From assembly GCA_021613535.1 (NCBI GenBank), contig CP075496.1, positions 2,108,001-2,172,000 of the forward strand: DNA of 64,000 bases, in the 5' to 3' direction. Below, one piece after another: positions 57,530 through 64,000 of the stretch. The notes under the pieces are model-generated. The model saw only the letters and a program-made list of their open reading frames with translations. It searched no databases and was not told the DNA's origin. Each line of letters begins with the position of its first letter. Position 1 is the first letter of the stretch. The position numbers and the translations under genes were made by a program. This stretch comes from Adineta vaga. Its lineage: Eukaryota; Animalia; Rotifera.

Positions 57530-58189
57530 TTAAATACTAAAAAGTAATTGCCATTGTGGAGATGAAGGTCGTGGTTCTTCTTTAATTCGCATCGTATTAT
57601 GATGAATAGGTACACTTTGATGTAAATATAATCGATTCTGTTCAACTTTTCTAAAAGCTGATCGTGCGAAACTTTCTTGTAGAGATATGATTTGACGACA
57701 TTGAGTTTCGAGACATTCTTTATAGGCTTTAAGATTCTCTATGGTGACTAATAGGTCTTTTTCTTTTGTTTCATAGTCACTTATCTGTTGAGTTAGATCG
57801 TCTTCGATATTTGCTCGTTTTTCTTTCAATTTTTTTGCGGCTTCACGATTTCTTTTACGTCGAATTTCACGTTTTACCGCTGCATCACCTTGAAGTTCAA
57901 CAAATTTCGAACAACGTCCAGTTGCTAATGTTGGCGCAGCTGATTGACGAACTTTGATATTTATCGGTCCATACATTACCATAACAGAAGTTGAAGATTT
58001 CACTCGACGCGACGATTTTTTCCGTTTAGGTTTATTCACGTCTGATGAACAATCGACTTTAATATTCACATCATCAATAATTTCATCCGAACAAGTAGAT
58101 CTATCTGTTGATAAATTTGATCGTACATTAGTATAATTGGTTGCATCCTTTGATACTGTAGGTGATGGTAAAGAACCAACAACACCCAT
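57530..58189 (-). CDS. Fos/ATF3-like bZIP transcription factor (intronless)
   Basis: Basic region KREIRRKRNREAAKKLKEKR followed by a heptad zipper (L/Y/L/L/L). First ATG at 58189. Confidence 0.85.
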   Translation of the reverse strand: MGVVGSLPSPTVSKDATNYTNVRSNLSTDRSTCSDEIIDDVNIKVDCSSDVNKPKRKKSSRRVKSSTSVMVMYGPINIKVRQSAAPTLATGRCSKFVELQGDAAVKREIRRKRNREAAKKLKEKRANIEDDLTQQISDYETKEKDLLVTIENLKAYKECLETQCRQIISLQESFARSAFRKVEQNRLYLHQSVPIHHNTMRIKEEPRPSSPQWQLLFSI

Positions 58190-58626
58190 GTTTAGATTCT
58201 TTATCAATCAATACGTGTCTACGCACACTTGCGAAAATCAAAATGATTCGACAATGATAGTGTGATAAATAATGACTATATTTAATGGGAGAGAAAAAAA
58301 AAGAATCAAATCCGTAAGATATATGTTGTCACTGCTTTTCATTCGTGCTCATTGAACTGGAAATATGTACCGAATGAAAAAATTTAACCATATGTATAAA
58401 ACTTCTTTTTACAGTCACGATCGTATCATTCAACAGGACATGAACAGGAAAGAAATTTCTCTTAAATCGATGGATACACAACGTTCATTACATTAACTTG
58501 ATTTATAAGAAGAAAGAAAGAATGAGATATACATATACGTCAATATTCATTCTTATCTGTTTGTCGAAATCAATCGAGAAAATGCACGTGTATTCAGCGT
58601 AATATTCTATCAACGTTGGATCGCGA

Positions 58627-59846
58627 TGAGTCATTGTTAATCGATAGAAAATAAAAAAAAGGAAAAGAAATATTCGTTTTCCGTTCTTATGATTTCGACA
58701 TTACACGAAAGTTGGTCAATGCTCGTTTCCTTCTCATACTTATCCTATTCATAGATGATGTATTAGCGTACCTTCATTAATAGACGATATTTTACCAATA
58801 GAAATATGGATACAGTCAATTATTATGATTAGTTATGTACCTTGACGATGATTCAAGTATTCTCAAGGTGATTGATCTCCACGTAAAATGTACATGATGA
58901 TCGATCAAGCATAAATTGAAAGTTTCGACAGGTGACTCATTTAAAAGTTTTAGCTGAAAAATGAGAACGTTATTTAGATATCTTTAACGAATAATCTTTA
59001 ATTTATCAAAGCTTTTATTGTTACTGTTTAGTTCTAAACAAGAAATTTGATTTTACAATAAAAAAAAATATATCAATTTTGTTTGTAAACAAGCACGAAA
59101 ACTACTCATAAGTACTATTTTCTTTTCTTTTATCATCAATGATATATCTTCATGAATATGTTAAATGAGGAAAAAACATAACCATGCACTGTCTAGTTAA
59201 TAACAGAATGATATGGTGATAATATCCTTGACAAATAAATAAGAAATTCTACCTATTAGAATGAAGAATGTATCAATAAAGTCTGAAAATCTTTTATATG
59301 ATTTTAAAGAGAGCAATTATTTGATTGAAGATGTTCTTTCTAGAATTTTGTAATAGATATCCGATTTTAATCTAGAAAGGCGTAGTGTAGTGTACGACGA
59401 AAGGGACAATTGGTTTCTATGATTGATGAAGAATAAAATGAACCTGTTCACCTTTCGTTGCGATGATTATTACATTAGATGCAGCTTGTGTGAGGTCACA
59501 TCATGCCTTTGAATCATATATAACTAATCGATGTATCTCTTATCAATTGACATCATACATCCGAAGAAATATTAAAAGAATAATTATCGAGTATGAGTTT
59601 ATGAACTGATACTTCATATTCGAGAAAGACTATATAAAATCATAGGAAAAATAATAATATCTGTTTAAACACGATCTATCAGTTTTTCTTAACTTTCATT
59701 TTTATATTTGAAATTACCATATCTACTTTGTAACATTTAGTCATTGTATTTCAATAAATTGCTATAGGTTTGTTAGAATGACATAGACTAATCATTGTCT
59801 TTACGGTGAGTCATAAAATAATTATAGAATGAAATCTAATGAGTCA
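58627..59846. promoter_or_regulatory. Cluster of four AP-1 sites (TGASTCA) upstream of the bZIP gene
   Basis: TGAGTCA at 58627, TGACTCA at 58933, TGAGTCA at 59807 and TGAGTCA at 59840. Confidence 0.5.
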
Positions 59847-59972
59847 ATTTATAGATAGATATAAATATAATTCCATCTAACGTATTACTTTGGTTTTATT
59901 TTATAAATGATAAAAACAAAACTATATATATATATATTTATACATAAACATAAATTTAAAAAAAAAGGGTTC

Positions 59973-61589
59973 TTAAACATCACATAGAGTTAATTCGTTT
60001 GGTCCACTTCCGATAATCATTGAATTAATACCAAATTCTTGTAAACCAAATGGAAATTCAAATGATGAAGGATCACATTGACTTGTTTCCATTGAATATG
60101 AATAATATTTTCCTGCTGAACTTTTAATAAACCATTGATTTAATCGAAATGGATAGAATAAATCTACATAATCATCATTTAATTGTATTTGTTTTAATAA
60201 TGTTAAATTTTCATCACGAATTTCAAAACGTGTATGAACCGATGATGCTGTTCGTATTAATAAACCGAGTTGTGATGAATTATTTGCATCCATATGTGAT
60301 ACCCATTCAGTTTTATCATTAGCTAAACGATCCCAACGTCTTACAGCTCCATTCATATTAATTGGATATTTCCATAATTCAATACAAATTCCAAAGACAC
60401 AATAGGAGATGTAAAGTAATGAATCATTTATATAAGATAAACAACGAAAACTTGAAAGAAAGAATTAATCATTTAAATTTCATGATTTAGTTTACTTACG
60501 GATAATCTTTATGACGTGTTATAGGAAGTTGTGTAAATTTATGAGTTTTTGGTTCGAATGAAAATAAATGTCGTTGAAAAAGAATGAGAAAGACTTCACC
60601 TGTTGAGCACCATTTTAAATCAACAATATCGATATCTTTGATACCTGTTTGATGATATGGTAATAAAGCTGAAGCAGTTGTTGGTGGATTAGACATGACT
60701 GGTGGTACTAGAAATAAGACCGAAACTCGAATAGAAAGAAATGTGATCAATTAATGAGATATTAACATGTGAGAATTTGATCGTGAAATTTTTGATCAAT
60801 ATAATGTAATTGTCTTCGATTATCTAACCATAGAATCGATCCATATTGTTTACTTGAAACAAATTTTTTACAATTTTCAACAGATACTGTTCGATAAGAT
60901 TGCATGAGAGTATTATTTGGTAAAATACGATCATAGGAGAAAATATTATAGGCATTTATCAAATCATTACATGAAACATTCGTTGTTTCAATACATATTT
61001 GACAACGAACCGATTCGAGACATTGTCGAAGTTGACTTAAATCACGTTCAATTGGTGATAATTGCTATTATGAGAGAGAGAGAGAAAGAGAGAAAAGATT
61101 ATAGAAGGAAAGAAAAAAACTTCAATGATATCTTACATGTTGAGAAATTTCTCCGACTTTTTGTAATGCTGCTAATTGTGTTTGAAGAACGGACATTTTC
61201 GATTTCTGACTATCTTTAAAAATATCTACACGTTGATTTAATTCCGTTTGTAAATCGTCAATTTCTTTCGAATAATGTTGATAAGTATTTTCAATATCAA
61301 CAAGAATACTTTCTTTCCATGTATCTAGATGTTTTCGAGCATTATCCACAGATTGTTGACAATCAAGTTTCGATAATAAATGTGTTAGACAATTGATTTC
61401 ATCCGATAAAGAATATGTACGAACAATATTTATTTCATTATGTTCAAGAACATGTTTTAAACATAAACGTTTCGGACAATGATGACAGGTTACAAGAGCT
61501 GGTTTCGTACATTCAACTTCATTTTCACAGATCGTAGGAGTCGATGGTGATGAAGAACGAAGATCTGATTGTGAAGCAGCATTTGACAT
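59973..61589 (-). CDS. B-box-like zinc finger, coiled coil and C-terminal beta-rich (propeller-like) domain protein
   Basis: C-x5-C...CHHCPKRLCLKHVLEH, followed by a coiled coil and beta-strand-rich exons. Confidence 0.7.
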
Positions 61590-61780
61590 CTAGAAGAAAA
61601 GATGAATTTTGTTTATTGTTTTCTTTTAAAGTTGTCGTTTATTGAATGGCTAGAAGAATAAGAGATAGGATTAAAAATGCGAGTATGTTAATAGATAAAA
61701 CAAAAAAAAAGAATGAACACGAAAACGTAAATAGCTATGAGTTAAAACTAAACAGTTCATATAGTATTGTTTGAATTGCT

Positions 61781-64000
61781 TTAAGCAAGTGAGGATGCAA
61801 GTACGGCAACACCACGTTCATAAAAATCGAATTCATTTAATGAATTATCTGCTGATTCTAATTCAATGGTGAATAACAATTCACCACGTGTTGGATTTAA
61901 ATAAACCGGTAATGTTATCATTGAATTTGTTTGACCTTTCTTTTCCGTTGCACGAATCCATTTAAATAATGTTAAATTAAGTTCAGTTGAAATAGATGAC
62001 GAGAGATAAAGTTTATTTGCTCGACATTTGGCACCTTGTAAACGAAGACCACGTATTGCAAATGTACAATCATCTTGAATTTGTTGTTGTTGATCAGTAG
62101 AATCTTGAACAATGACTTGTAAAACAAGTTCTTCAAGTGACCATTGATTTGTTTGAGCAACACATTGACGTGATGCTGTTACATATGCTTCAGGTGTAAA
62201 TAAACCACCAAGCCAAATAGGACATGACTAAAAGAAAGTAAAGTTTAAAGATTTTTTTTTTCTTTCAAAAGAAAAACTAAGTTTACTTTTAATGATTTAA
62301 ATCCTTGATCAGCGACTAATTTTGAGATTGATTCCAGTTGTTTAACTCGATCACTAAAATCTGTTATCCATTGAATAACGGTTAGATTTTTCGGAACTGT
62401 ATAACGTTTCCATGATTGCGGAATAACACCTATACAAAACAAATCCAATGAAATATATCACATATTAAAACAATTCTATTTACCTTTAATTAAATCACTA
62501 ATCAATTGTCGATGATAATTTGTTTGTTTTTTCTTTGTTTCACAAACAGCAATAATATCTCGTAGATCTGATTGAACAACGGTTAATAATCTTGAACCTG
62601 TATTAACTTCTCGTTCGAAAAATCGAAATAATGGATCTTTGATATTTTCTGTTGTACGACGCATTGTTGTCACTTTTGTTGGTAATAATTTTAACCATGT
62701 TAAACATGATTGATGTAATTGTTTCATCCACATTGGTCGACTATCACCTGTATCGGTTGATGTTTTACCTTGAGTTGTTGAGTCGATTTGATCTTTGAGA
62801 ATATTATCTCCAAGATCTTCTTCGTCATTTGCAATAACAGATGACATTTTTAATAATTTTGCTAAAGTTTCACGAGCACGTGTTGTTAATAGAACAACTT
62901 CAGCATTATTAGGCAAACCAAGCCATGATGGTTGTTGAATCAATGTACGTAAAGATTGTTCAATCCATGTGATAAATTGTTCACGTTTAACACCATCAGG
63001 CATTGAGACAACAACGGGTTGTTGAGATTTGTCATCTTGTTCTTCAACAATTAGTTTCATATCAGAATTCAATGATGTTAAAGAAAATAATTTCGCTAGA
63101 AAACCATTGAGTAAACGTTGATCAAATGGATTATCGATACGACCACCATAAATACATTGAGAAAGAAGTGTACGTAATGCTTCCCAGGGAATTTTATCAA
63201 TAGGAAGATTTGTACGACCCATTGCAATTAAATCAATCCATATATCAATCGTATCTAAGGCACATTTAAGATCAGCTTCAGTGAATTCATAATGTTTAGA
63301 CCAACCAAGTGGAGCATAACGAAGACGTTCTTGAATAACAGCATGAAACCATGCGAGAAGAAAATAAAGACGTGAACGTTCATTTGGAATTTTATTCATA
63401 CGTAATGCACTATAATATAGAAAACGAAATGAAAGATTAAATCAAAGAATTTCACTTACGATATTGTTGAAAATGTTCGTAATAAATTCGCTTTAATACC
63501 TGGTGCTGGTTCATATACAAAAATTCGACCCATTCGAAGTAAATTTGATGGCAATTTCGGATGTATTTCCATGGATAAAAATAATCGAAACTGATTATGT
63601 GCTGGCATAGCATGAAGACGTTTTTCTAATGTAATTAACCATTGTGGTGCAAGATGAACATTTTTCAATAAAACCCATCGTCCTTGTCGTGCACTTGAAG
63701 CAATCGCATTTTCAGCTTGATTGAAACCTTCAGCTGAACCGATAGCAATCGAGATTAATTGTTGATTCGTCTGTGTCGCTAAATCTTCAACACGTGAACT
63801 AGCATCATAACCAGGTACAGAACACATTAAAATAGGTTTATTTGATACAATTTCATTTTCTACAATTGGACCAAGATCAAGAACTTGATCAGCAGCTAAT
63901 AAATATCCTTCACCGAATACCGTTGAAACAAAAATACGTGCTGCAGATAAAAATCGATCTGGACGAAACGTTTGAATCATTAATAATTGATGAAAAATCT
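61781..64000 (-). CDS. DYNC1H1: Cytoplasmic dynein 1 heavy chain, 3' part
   Basis: [80 protein letters not shown]...FYERGVA. Stop at 61781. Confidence 0.97.

Overview
This is AT-rich, gene-dense eukaryotic (animal) DNA with very short (~50-70 nt) GT-AG introns, so the six-frame ORFs are mostly exon fragments. Intron size, composition and several foreign-looking genes suggest a bdelloid rotifer (inference). About 23 genes were reconstructed by eye. In order: 3' end of a bacterial-type phosphomannose isomerase, a CEP126-like coiled-coil gene, an intronless WD40 gene, PGAM5, a Cys-rich surface protein with a frameshifted signal peptide, CCDC86, SRRM2/Cwc21-like, SMC5, an ankyrin-SOCS box gene, RPL29, DENR, two tandem PDZ paralogs, a DOMON/SEA-like membrane protein, a standalone TIR protein, androglobin, a GH27 alpha-galactosidase with an inserted ricin-B domain, a class A GPCR, a double claudin-like 8-TM protein, an LDLa protein, SPMAP1/C17orf98, a Fos-like bZIP, a B-box/coiled-coil protein and the 3' part of cytoplasmic dynein heavy chain. 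Most notable: (1) runs of co-oriented genes only 56-191 bp apart with a splice acceptor just before the downstream ATG, i.e. candidate SL-trans-spliced operons; (2) a ~0.6 kb duplication that separated two antisense-overlapping genes; (3) likely horizontally acquired genes; (4) an alternative first exon and micro-exons in androglobin. All identifications come from motif recall, not database searches, and exon boundaries were read manually.
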